From positions 24,110 to 88,109 of the forward strand of contig JAEOTZ010000042.1 of NCBI GenBank assembly GCA_016839585.1: DNA of 64,000 bases, given 5' to 3'. The stretch comes from Promethearchaeota archaeon. GTDB taxonomy: Archaea > Asgardarchaeota > Lokiarchaeia > Sigyniarchaeales > SOKP01. The stretch's first letter is position 1; every line of letters starts with the position of its first letter. The notes under the pieces are model-generated. The model ran no database searches and had not been told where the DNA came from. It worked only from the letters and a program-made list of their open reading frames with translations. Both the position numbers and the translations under genes were made by a program. This document shows, piece after piece, positions 50,120 to 58,972 of this stretch.

Positions 50120-50460
50120 AATTTCGTCTACCTAAAAATAATTTAAACCTTATTTTAAATTTACCAAATCATATATTTATAGATTTACCTTTTTTTAAAT
50201 ATTTCCAATTTAATTAAATTTTTTCTCAAAAAAATAAAAAATTGAGAAGTATATAAAGGAAAAAAACATCCAGATACTTGTATTACTAATTTTAATATAA
50301 ATTAATTTGTGTGTAAAATTTATTATCATAAAAAGTAAAAATCTAAGATGACTTCAATCAGAAGTTATATTTACATTTACTCTATAAAAATAAATATTGA
50401 AATCTAAAATGATCTTTAATCAAATATATTACTCAAAATCCTTGAGAAATCTATATTAAC

Positions 50461-50709
50461 TTATGAAATCTCTGGATGTTTTTTCTCAATATTGTTTAAA
50501 GTATAAACTAATTCAGTCAGTAATTTTTCATTAGGATAAGCGTTTATCGTTTCGCTTAAAACATTTAGAATTTGATTAGCAAGAGATTTTTCTTGTTCGG
50601 TAAGTATAGATTTGCCATTGAATAACAAATCGAATTCCTCTTCAAACCAAAGTAAATCTCTTCTAAATTCGCTCTTTAATATTTTATGATAGTCATAACT
50701 TAAAGTCAT
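50461..50709 (-). CDS. Small helical hypothetical protein
   Basis: GAGGAG RBS before ATG 50709 (MTLSYDY). Confidence 0.7.
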   Translation of the reverse strand: MTLSYDYHKILKSEFRRDLLWFEEEFDLLFNGKSILTEQEKSLANQILNVLSETINAYPNEKLLTELVYTLNNIEKKHPEIS

Positions 50710-50938
50710 ACGTCTCCTCAAACGTATATAAATTCAAATAGCCTAACATAATAATTAAAGTACCCATTTAAAAATTTATGCACTTTATTGGTTTTTCAAG
50801 ATAGTAATTTGAAAAGTAAGAATTTAATCTAGAATAGTTAAATTACGTCGGATTTATTAACAATTTTCCTTTAAGATTATAATTAAACATGATAAAATGT
50901 TTTGATTAATTTATACAATCTTTTAATCAGAATAACCA

Positions 50939-51313
50939 TTAGAAAGGAAAATTCGGATTTACTTTAAATAGATCTTTACCATGAATAATTTCTTTTAGCT
51001 CGGTTAAAATTGTCTTCATATCCTCATTTCCTTCTACTTTTGATTTATATATCTGAGAAAATTCTGGAGTATGTCTACTATTCTGAATTTCAAATGAGGT
51101 GATTGAATAATTAGCTTTTTTATGAGAGCCTGAAAGCACAAAAAGACGAGGATATTTTCTTTTCGGATAGGGCTTTTTTTCTCTTAACGTTATTTTAAAT
51201 ACATTATCAGAATCTTTAACATCTTCTAAAGATATATTTTTCCACTTCTCAATTTTCTTAATAAGATTTCTCAATTCACTATTAACTTCTTGCTTTCTAG
51301 TAAATATACCCAT
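50939..51313 (-). CDS. Hypothetical protein
   Basis: GAGGAG RBS before ATG 51313 (MGIFTRK). Confidence 0.7.
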   Translation of the reverse strand: MGIFTRKQEVNSELRNLIKKIEKWKNISLEDVKDSDNVFKITLREKKPYPKRKYPRLFVLSGSHKKANYSITSFEIQNSRHTPEFSQIYKSKVEGNEDMKTILTELKEIIHGKDLFKVNPNFPF

Positions 51314-51466
51314 TTGTCTCCTCAAAAACCAATATAAACCAAAAATGTTTATGGTCTACCATAAATAATAAAGTTCATATTTAAAAAATTACATTTTTTC
51401 GAAATAGTAATGCGAAAAAAAGGAATTTCAATAGGTTTTTTATATTAGGTGATTAGATATTAGTAA

Positions 51467-54283
51467 TCAATTTTTTGTTCGTGGAATAGAAAAATAAAAT
51501 GTACTTCCCTTATTTCTTCCCTCTGATTCAACCCAAATTTTTCCGCCATGTAATTCTATAATTTTTTTTGATATATATAATCCAAGGCCAGTCCCTTGTA
51601 TCTCCACATCCCATCCTTGTCCGTATCTTTCGATTTTACCAAATTGTTTAAACAATTGACTTTTTTCTTCTTCAGTAAGTCCAATTCCACTATCTTTAAC
51701 AGAAATTATAAAAAAATTATCTTCTATTTCAGATTTAATAGTTATATTTCCACTCGGGGGTGTATATTTTATTGCGTTTATTAACAAATTTGAAATTACT
51801 TCATGAATCCTTTCTTTATCAAATTCTGCTTTTAGCTTGTCATGCAAAATAAATGATAAAGCTTGATTTCTTAATTTGGCTAAACCTTGTAGCTCTTTTA
51901 CTGAAAATTTAATTAAGAAATTCAAATCTTCTTCAGTAATATTTAATTGTAATTGACCTTGGTCTAGCTTTGAGCTTTGTAAAAGTAGATTAATAATTTT
52001 TTCTAATCGTCTACTTCCGTCTTTGATTTCTTCTAAAACTTTAATAACTTCAGTATCAAATTTAGATTTATGGAGTGTTAATAAAAGTTCAGTAAATCCT
52101 TTAATTGAAATTAATGGGGTTTTCAATTCATGCGAGGTTCTTGATAATAACTCTGTTTTTAATTTATTTATTTCATTTAACATGATATTTTGTGCCTCTA
52201 AGTCTTGTTGTACTTGCCATCGTTTCTGTTCAATTTCAATAGCATCGGAGATTAAAAATAACACTAATTTATCTTGATTAGTTATTATTGGATTATTTTT
52301 ATAGAATATGCAAACCCCACTATTAAATTGATTTTGAGAAGGAATTAATTTTCCATAACATCCTATTAAATTAGTATTTTCAATAAATCGATCAATTTTA
52401 GCATATTTAGTTTCATTTATATTAAAAAATGTTTGAGGAAAATCATGACTTTCATGAAATAATTCACTCACAAAAAGTTTGTCAAAAAAATCATCAGGAT
52501 CGTAATTAAACACTCTTTTATCTGAAGTAATTATCTGATACTGTTCTTTTTCATTATAAATACTTTTGTGTATATATAAGATAAGATCCCCGTTTAATAA
52601 TTTATTACAAGTTTTTAATAATAATTGGATATTCTTTTGGATCTTTGTTGTAAAACTTAAGAAATTAATATTTAATTCATAAATTAATTCTTCATACATC
52701 TTCTTTTCAGTAACATCTTCCACCCATAATCTAAAACTAATTAATTCCCCTTTTTCGTTATAATGATTCACTTTTTTTCCAGAAAGCCATTTTAATTTTC
52801 CTTCTTTATGAATTATCCTAAATTCCAATTCTCTATCTTCAGTTGACTTGAAAAATTTGTTAATATCATCAGGATGGATGATATTAACCATCATTTCTTC
52901 ATTTTTCAATTCATCATGCTCATAACCAAATATATTCAATAATCTTGGATTAATATAGGAAATATCTTTATTTACTAAATTAACTTCCATTACTCCTACT
53001 GAGGATGTATATAATAAATCTCTATATTTTTCCTCTGATTCTCTTAATTTTTCCTCTGCTTCTTTTTTTTTAGTAATATCCTGAACAATAGCTTGGAAAA
53101 AGGTTTTATCTCCAAAATCTAATAAAGTTATTTGTGTATTAACCCAATTTGAACTGCCATCTTTTTTAAAAACTTGAAATTCCGTAGGTTCTACTTTCTC
53201 TCCTTTATATATTCGCCCTAATTTTTTATTTAGAATTGTGTATATTTCTGATGGATGAAGAGGTAAATGTATATAGGATTTTCCTATAAATTCTTCCTTA
53301 CTATATCCAAATAATTTTTCTGTAGTAGAATTATAATCAATGATTTCACCCTTTAGATCAAAAAGAATAATAGAATAGGGAGAAGATTCGATTAAATGAC
53401 GATATTTTTCTTCAGATTCTTTTAGTTTTTGCTCTGAAAGTTGCCTTTCAGTTATATCTTCAAGAGTGACTAAAATTCCAGCAACTTTATCTTCTGAATC
53501 GTAGAGGGGTATCCTATTTGTATCAACCCAAATCAATTCTCCATTATCTAATACCCAAGACTCAACTTTATGAAATTCAGGTTCTCGTGTCTCCATAACA
53601 ATAGTTTCATGCTTCTTAAGTTGATTTACTTTATCTTCATTAGAGAAAATGTCAATATCAGTTTTACCTATTATATCCTCGGCTTGTTCAATATTTACAA
53701 GGGTAGCAAAATTATGATTACAACCTAAATACAGAGAATTAATGTCTTTCCAAAAAATATACTGAGGTATATTTTCCATAACCATCTGTAGCATTTCATA
53801 AGAGCTCCGTAATGCTTCTTCATATTTTTTCGGATTGATTAATTTCCAAAAACGAATTTCTGGAATCGTTGTAGTCAGTTTTTGGAATCTTTCCTCGTTC
53901 TCATGTAATTTTTCTTCCAAATCTTTAATCTTAGAAATATTTTTTAAAACAACTAATAATTTTTTTTGATGATTTTCATCTTTAATTTTTTTTACTTTTA
54001 TTTCAAACCATATATGTTTGTTGTTTTTATGCTTAACCCTAATTTCTTGTGAGTGGTCTTCAGATTCAGTTCCTCTCTTTAAAACCCTAATTACTTTCTT
54101 TATATCATCAGGATGTAAAATTCTCAAAATTGATATGCCGATTAAATCTTTATTTGAATATCCCAGCATATTTTGATAATTATGCTCATTAATGAAATCA
54201 AATTTGAATTCATTATCTATTTCCACAACACCTATTAAATCATTGACGTATTCAAGATAGGTCTGCGGCTTATAATCGCTCAA
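51467..54283 (-). CDS. Cytoplasmic multi-PAS (four) + GAF-like sensor histidine kinase
   Basis: HPDD/PAC repeats (DITE), H-box SHELKTP, NLLINAIKY, DSGIG, GTGLGL. Confidence 0.92.
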   Translation of the reverse strand: MSDYKPQTYLEYVNDLIGVVEIDNEFKFDFINEHNYQNMLGYSNKDLIGISILRILHPDDIKKVIRVLKRGTESEDHSQEIRVKHKNNKHIWFEIKVKKIKDENHQKKLLVVLKNISKIKDLEEKLHENEERFQKLTTTIPEIRFWKLINPKKYEEALRSSYEMLQMVMENIPQYIFWKDINSLYLGCNHNFATLVNIEQAEDIIGKTDIDIFSNEDKVNQLKKHETIVMETREPEFHKVESWVLDNGELIWVDTNRIPLYDSEDKVAGILVTLEDITERQLSEQKLKESEEKYRHLIESSPYSIILFDLKGEIIDYNSTTEKLFGYSKEEFIGKSYIHLPLHPSEIYTILNKKLGRIYKGEKVEPTEFQVFKKDGSSNWVNTQITLLDFGDKTFFQAIVQDITKKKEAEEKLRESEEKYRDLLYTSSVGVMEVNLVNKDISYINPRLLNIFGYEHDELKNEEMMVNIIHPDDINKFFKSTEDRELEFRIIHKEGKLKWLSGKKVNHYNEKGELISFRLWVEDVTEKKMYEELIYELNINFLSFTTKIQKNIQLLLKTCNKLLNGDLILYIHKSIYNEKEQYQIITSDKRVFNYDPDDFFDKLFVSELFHESHDFPQTFFNINETKYAKIDRFIENTNLIGCYGKLIPSQNQFNSGVCIFYKNNPIITNQDKLVLFLISDAIEIEQKRWQVQQDLEAQNIMLNEINKLKTELLSRTSHELKTPLISIKGFTELLLTLHKSKFDTEVIKVLEEIKDGSRRLEKIINLLLQSSKLDQGQLQLNITEEDLNFLIKFSVKELQGLAKLRNQALSFILHDKLKAEFDKERIHEVISNLLINAIKYTPPSGNITIKSEIEDNFFIISVKDSGIGLTEEEKSQLFKQFGKIERYGQGWDVEIQGTGLGLYISKKIIELHGGKIWVESEGRNKGSTFYFSIPRTKN

Positions 54284-54424
54284 CGTCTTAATTTTAAACC
54301 TAATATATAGTATGTTTGAAAGTCTATTCCTTTTTATAAATGTAAAAAAACTTCTTAAATATATATATTCGCTTATTTAACACTTACGTAACAAATAAAT
54401 ATACAAAAAATCTAGTTTGTAAAT

Positions 54425-54856
54425 ATGAAACTAAGTAGTGTTGATTTTAAAAATAATGAAATGTTGGATAAGAAATTTTCATTTAGAGCTGATAATATAT
54501 CTCCGCACTTAAAATGGGAAGATGCTCCTGGAAATGCTAAGAGTTTTGCTATTTCTTGTAATGATCCTGATGCACCTGTAGGTGATTGGATTCATTGGTT
54601 AGTACATGATATTCCTGTCAATGTAGAAGAGATACCTCAAGGTGGACCTGTTCCTGGAATTGAAATTGAAAATGATTATAGACAAAAAGGCTATGGTGGT
54701 CCCGCCCCACCTTCAGGTACACATCGATATTTTTTTAGGGTCTATGCGCTTGACATTGAGGAATTAGAGGGAGTCACTAAAAAGAATTTTATGGAGAAAG
54801 TTAAAGAGCATACAATTGAATCGGCAGAAATTATTGGATTATATAAATCTAAGTGA
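54425..54856 (+). CDS. YbhB/YbcL PEBP (Raf kinase inhibitor-like) protein
   Basis: SPHLKW, DPDAP..WIHW, GYGGPAPPSGTHRYFF. Confidence 0.92.
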   Translation: MKLSSVDFKNNEMLDKKFSFRADNISPHLKWEDAPGNAKSFAISCNDPDAPVGDWIHWLVHDIPVNVEEIPQGGPVPGIEIENDYRQKGYGGPAPPSGTHRYFFRVYALDIEELEGVTKKNFMEKVKEHTIESAEIIGLYKSK

Positions 54857-54877
54857 AGTAATAGGTTTTGTTCAGAT

Positions 54878-56041
54878 TTAATATTTTCTTAATTGGTTAA
54901 TGGCTTTAGTAATATCTTCAAAATTATTATAATAATTAAATGCAAATCTTAAAAGTGTGCTTCTAGAGAAATTTGGATATTTTTTTAAAGTCACATATAT
55001 ATTGTTTTTTACTAAATGTTCATAAATTATTTCTGCTTTCTCATGTTCAAGAGTAATGATTCCGGATCTGGATTCAATTTCAAGAGGGGTAATTATTCTA
55101 TAACTTAAATTTTTTATTTCATCTAAAAATTTGGTTGTTAATAATATTATTCTCTCTTGTATTTTTTTAACCCCATTTTGAATATTCCCATTTCCGATTT
55201 TATTTTTAATTAAGTCTAATCCCCCTTTTAATGATAGTAGTGCAGCAAAATTGGGACATCCTCCAAAAGCATCCATATATCGTGTTTTATTTAGAACTCT
55301 CATATTTTCATTATCGAGTGAATATGGATCCTCAACACTCAACCAACTTGAAAAAGGGATCCCCTTTTCTTTAATCAGTTTTTCATTTATATATAAAATT
55401 CCTGCCCCATAACCACATGCTGCCCATTTTACAGCATTACTAACAATTATATCAATATTTTGTTTTATAACATCAATTTCAAAAGAAAAAAAAGATTGCG
55501 TAGCATTAATTATATTAATAAGTCTATGTTCCTTACAAAAATCTCCTAATTCATTAAGATTTTGTTTAAAACCGGTAAGAGATTGAACATGACTATGAAT
55601 GATATATTTAGTATTTTTAGTAATCATCTTTTTAATATCTTCTATTAAATATTTATTATCCCATGGAGGAATTCTTTTACAATTAAAGCCTAATCGTCTA
55701 AAGATATGAATTGAAGCAGGAAATTCAATAGAGGGATACAAAATCTCGCCTTTTTCTAATAGACGCGCAATAACATTCATACACGAAGATGTGTTAGTTA
55801 AAAATGCTATTTCTTCAGGTTCAGCATTAATATAATGAGCAATATTCTCTCTTGCTAAATCAATCTCATCCATAAAATCATCAAAATGAATATCTCCATA
55901 ACTTAACATGTCATTAAAATAAGCAATTCCCTTCTCATAAGCACTTTTACTTATTGGAGATGCTGAAGCAGCCATTATATATACTAAATTTTTAAGTGCT
56001 GGAAACTGATCATGACGAATTTCTTCCCAATCAACAGACAT
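54878..56041 (-). CDS. Aminotransferase class V PLP enzyme (NifS/CefD-like, no desulfurase catalytic Cys)
   Basis: FPAL, NTS, EFPAS, NATQS, SNAVKW (PLP Lys), RSGII, LRFAFNYYN. Confidence 0.82.
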   Translation of the reverse strand: MSVDWEEIRHDQFPALKNLVYIMAASASPISKSAYEKGIAYFNDMLSYGDIHFDDFMDEIDLARENIAHYINAEPEEIAFLTNTSSCMNVIARLLEKGEILYPSIEFPASIHIFRRLGFNCKRIPPWDNKYLIEDIKKMITKNTKYIIHSHVQSLTGFKQNLNELGDFCKEHRLINIINATQSFFSFEIDVIKQNIDIIVSNAVKWAACGYGAGILYINEKLIKEKGIPFSSWLSVEDPYSLDNENMRVLNKTRYMDAFGGCPNFAALLSLKGGLDLIKNKIGNGNIQNGVKKIQERIILLTTKFLDEIKNLSYRIITPLEIESRSGIITLEHEKAEIIYEHLVKNNIYVTLKKYPNFSRSTLLRFAFNYYNNFEDITKAINQLRKY

Positions 56042-56206
56042 ATTATTTCATAATTAAGGTTTATTTATTAAATAAATGATCTGGTTTAGTATATGATAGA
56101 ATTCAATTTAATCTTGCAGAAATTTATGATTTATAACCGTTAAATATTTGAAATCAATAAGGTTAATTCATTATATATCAAAATTAATCAAAAAAAAGTG
56201 AAATAG

Positions 56207-57052
56207 ATGGGGATGGAAGATTTTTTACAATGTTTAAGTTGCGGTAAAAAATTAGGTCCTAAATCAAAAGAAAGAGCTAGTCAATGCACAGAATGCATAT
56301 TAAAATTGGATTTTAAGACAAAAGATTTGGATCATATTTATATAGATAGAAATCTTCAGAAAATATTAGATTTTTTTATATCTGATGTAAATGCTGCTTT
56401 TAATAAAGATCCTGCAGCTCATACTTTAATCGAAGTCTTAACTAGTTATCCAGGAATAAAAGCACTATTATTATATAGGATTGCTCATTTCTTTTGGAAA
56501 TTAGGAATGCCATATATTCCAAGATATATATCTGATATTGCAAGAGAATTAACAACTATCGAAATACATCCTGGTGCTGAAATTGGAAGTGATTTCTTTA
56601 TCGATCATGGCGCTGGTGTCGTTATTGGAGAAACTGCTGAAATAGGAAAAAATGTTACTATATATGCTGGAGTGGTTTTAGGAGGAACAAGATTGGAACA
56701 AAAAAAGAGGCACCCAACCTTAGGAAACAATGTTGTTGTAGGAACTGGTGCTAAAATATTAGGACCTATTATCATTGGTGATAATGTAAGAGTTGGAGCT
56801 AATTCAGTCGTAGTAAATGATGTCCCTTCAAATTCTGTTGTAGTTGGAGTTCCAGGCAAAATTATTTCAAGAAAGGGTGAAAAAATTGAGAGAATTGATC
56901 TAAGACATGGAGACCTACCAGATCCTATAGCAATCGCAGTATCGAGCTTAGAAAAACGAATAAGAGAATTAGAGAAAAGTCTTCCAAACAATCGGCAAAA
57001 AATAAGTGAAGATATAGAAATTTTTTATGGAGAAAATGGTGGAGGTATATGA
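56207..57052 (+). CDS. cysE: Serine O-acetyltransferase with N-terminal C2C2 extension
   Basis: DPAA, YPG, EIHPGA.IG..FFIDHG, KRHPTLG, VGVPG; ATGA overlap with cysK. Confidence 0.93.
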   Translation: MGMEDFLQCLSCGKKLGPKSKERASQCTECILKLDFKTKDLDHIYIDRNLQKILDFFISDVNAAFNKDPAAHTLIEVLTSYPGIKALLLYRIAHFFWKLGMPYIPRYISDIARELTTIEIHPGAEIGSDFFIDHGAGVVIGETAEIGKNVTIYAGVVLGGTRLEQKKRHPTLGNNVVVGTGAKILGPIIIGDNVRVGANSVVVNDVPSNSVVVGVPGKIISRKGEKIERIDLRHGDLPDPIAIAVSSLEKRIRELEKSLPNNRQKISEDIEIFYGENGGGI

Positions 57053-57993
57053 AAAAAATGGTAAATTATTATAATAATATTATTGAGACGATTGGAAAAA
57101 CTCCCTTAGTAAAATTGAATAGAATCGTTAAGGATATTGATCCAAAACCTAATATATTCGCAAAATTAGAATATTTTAATCCAGGTGGTAGCGTTAAAGA
57201 TAGGATTGGAATGGCTATGATTGAAAAAGCTGAAGAAGAAGGGATAATAAGTAAAGATATCACAATAGTTGAACCTACATCTGGAAATACAGGAATAGGA
57301 TTAGCGTTGGTATGTGCTGCTAAAGGCTATAAATTAATTCTCACCATGCCAGATAATGTTTCAATTGAAAGGACACAAATTATAAAAGCATATGGAGCAG
57401 AAGTACTTCTGACTCCGAAAGAAAATGGAATGAAAGGAGCAATTGATAAAGCAGAGGAAATAGCGAAAGAGAAAGTAAGAATTTTTATTCCTCAACAATT
57501 TAAGAATTTAGCAAATCCAGAGATTCATCGAAGAACGACTGCTAAAGAGATATTTAATGATTTAGCGGGTCAAGTTGATGGATTTGTTGCTGGTGTTGGA
57601 ACAGGGGGGACTATAACTGGAGTAGGTGAAATTTTAAAAGACAGAGTAGGGGCTAGATTAAAGGTATATGCTGTTGAACCTAAAGACTCTCCGGTTTTGT
57701 CTGGTGGAAGTCCTGGGCCTCATAAGATACAGGGAATTGGAGCAGGGTTTATTCCAGAAGTTCTTAATACGAAAATATATGATAAAATTATTAAAGTTGC
57801 GTATGAGGATGCTATTATTACTGCTCGAAAATTAGCACAATTAGAAGGTATTTTTGCTGGAATTAGTTCAGGAGCAATAGCATGGGCAGCTATTAATGTA
57901 GCATCAAAAGATTTTGAAGATGGTAAAAATCTTGTATTTATTATTTGTGATACAGGGGAAAGATATTTATCAACTGAATTATATCAATTCTAA
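57049..57993 (+). CDS. cysK: Cysteine synthase A
   Basis: NPGGSVKDR, EPTSGNTG, GVGTGGT, HKIQGIGAGF, DTGERYLST. Confidence 0.95.
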   Translation: MKKMVNYYNNIIETIGKTPLVKLNRIVKDIDPKPNIFAKLEYFNPGGSVKDRIGMAMIEKAEEEGIISKDITIVEPTSGNTGIGLALVCAAKGYKLILTMPDNVSIERTQIIKAYGAEVLLTPKENGMKGAIDKAEEIAKEKVRIFIPQQFKNLANPEIHRRTTAKEIFNDLAGQVDGFVAGVGTGGTITGVGEILKDRVGARLKVYAVEPKDSPVLSGGSPGPHKIQGIGAGFIPEVLNTKIYDKIIKVAYEDAIITARKLAQLEGIFAGISSGAIAWAAINVASKDFEDGKNLVFIICDTGERYLSTELYQF

Positions 57994-57998
57994 TTTTG

Positions 57999-58907
57999 TT
58001 ATGGATTTGAAATTTGTGGAGTAGTTAAAATCTCAAGAATCTTATCCCAATATAGTTCTATATTCCAATTTATATTACTCTTTAAATTTTCAGAAATTTC
58101 TTTAAATATCTCTTTAATTCTTAAGGATTCAAAATAATTTATCTCTGGAGCAATTAAGGATAGCATATACTGTCTTTCGCCATACCTCTCACCTTCTTTT
58201 TTAAAAGAATCAAAAAAGACAAACCCTTTATTTTTAATATTTTCAATATTAAGCAAAATTCCTTGTTCTTTAGTTATATTTTCATGTCCATAAATCGAAG
58301 TGGCAGCATGAAATAATTGATTTCCTAAAGTTTTAATTGGTATCGAAAAATCTTTTTCTCTTGGATAAAAATCCTTTAGTACAGGCCCAATTTTATCGTC
58401 CCACTCGACTAATAATAAACAGACTAATTTTTTTTGTTCTTCAGAAATAGATGGTTTGAAATCTATTGATAAAGAATCAAGCAACTCTTTAATTTTTTTA
58501 TTGATGTTCTTTATGTCTTTATTTCTTAAAATTTTTCCAGAAATAGTAGCTAGTAAATCATCTTCATCAAAAGGTTTTGTAATATAATCATCTACACCCA
58601 ACATCTTACCTAATCTAATATCTTCTGGAGTAGATTTTGCTGTTAAAAAAAGAAATGGTATGTGATTCCATTTTAAATTATGGGATACATGCTCGAAAAA
58701 ATCATATCCGTCTATTCCTGGCATCATTATATCACTAATAATTAACTCAGGAAGTATATCTAAATTTGAGAGAATTTGAATTGCTTGTTTTCCACTAATT
58801 GCTGTAATTACTCTATAATCTTTAGATTCTAATAATAATTTTATATTGTATAATATATCTTGGTTATCATCAACTAATAAAATAAGGGGTTTCACAGATG
58901 AGCTCAA
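57999..58907 (-). CDS. Response-regulator receiver fused to a uDENN/longin-like domain
   Basis: REC: LVDD, D59 in SDIMMP, FLTAK, K111 in TKPF. C-term: LLLVEWDDKIGPVLKDFYP...FVFFDSFKKEGERYGERQYMLSLI. Confidence 0.8.
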   Translation of the reverse strand: MSSSVKPLILLVDDNQDILYNIKLLLESKDYRVITAISGKQAIQILSNLDILPELIISDIMMPGIDGYDFFEHVSHNLKWNHIPFLFLTAKSTPEDIRLGKMLGVDDYITKPFDEDDLLATISGKILRNKDIKNINKKIKELLDSLSIDFKPSISEEQKKLVCLLLVEWDDKIGPVLKDFYPREKDFSIPIKTLGNQLFHAATSIYGHENITKEQGILLNIENIKNKGFVFFDSFKKEGERYGERQYMLSLIAPEINYFESLRIKEIFKEISENLKSNINWNIELYWDKILEILTTPQISNP

Positions 58908-58972
58908 TTGAATACCCTTAAAAAATTATCTTTTACTGTTGATTAATATCAATTGAGTTTATATAAAAATTT

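Noticed and set aside
54878-56041. Cysteine desulfurase IscS/SufS
   Set aside because: No C-terminal catalytic Cys loop (SACS or RxGxHCA)
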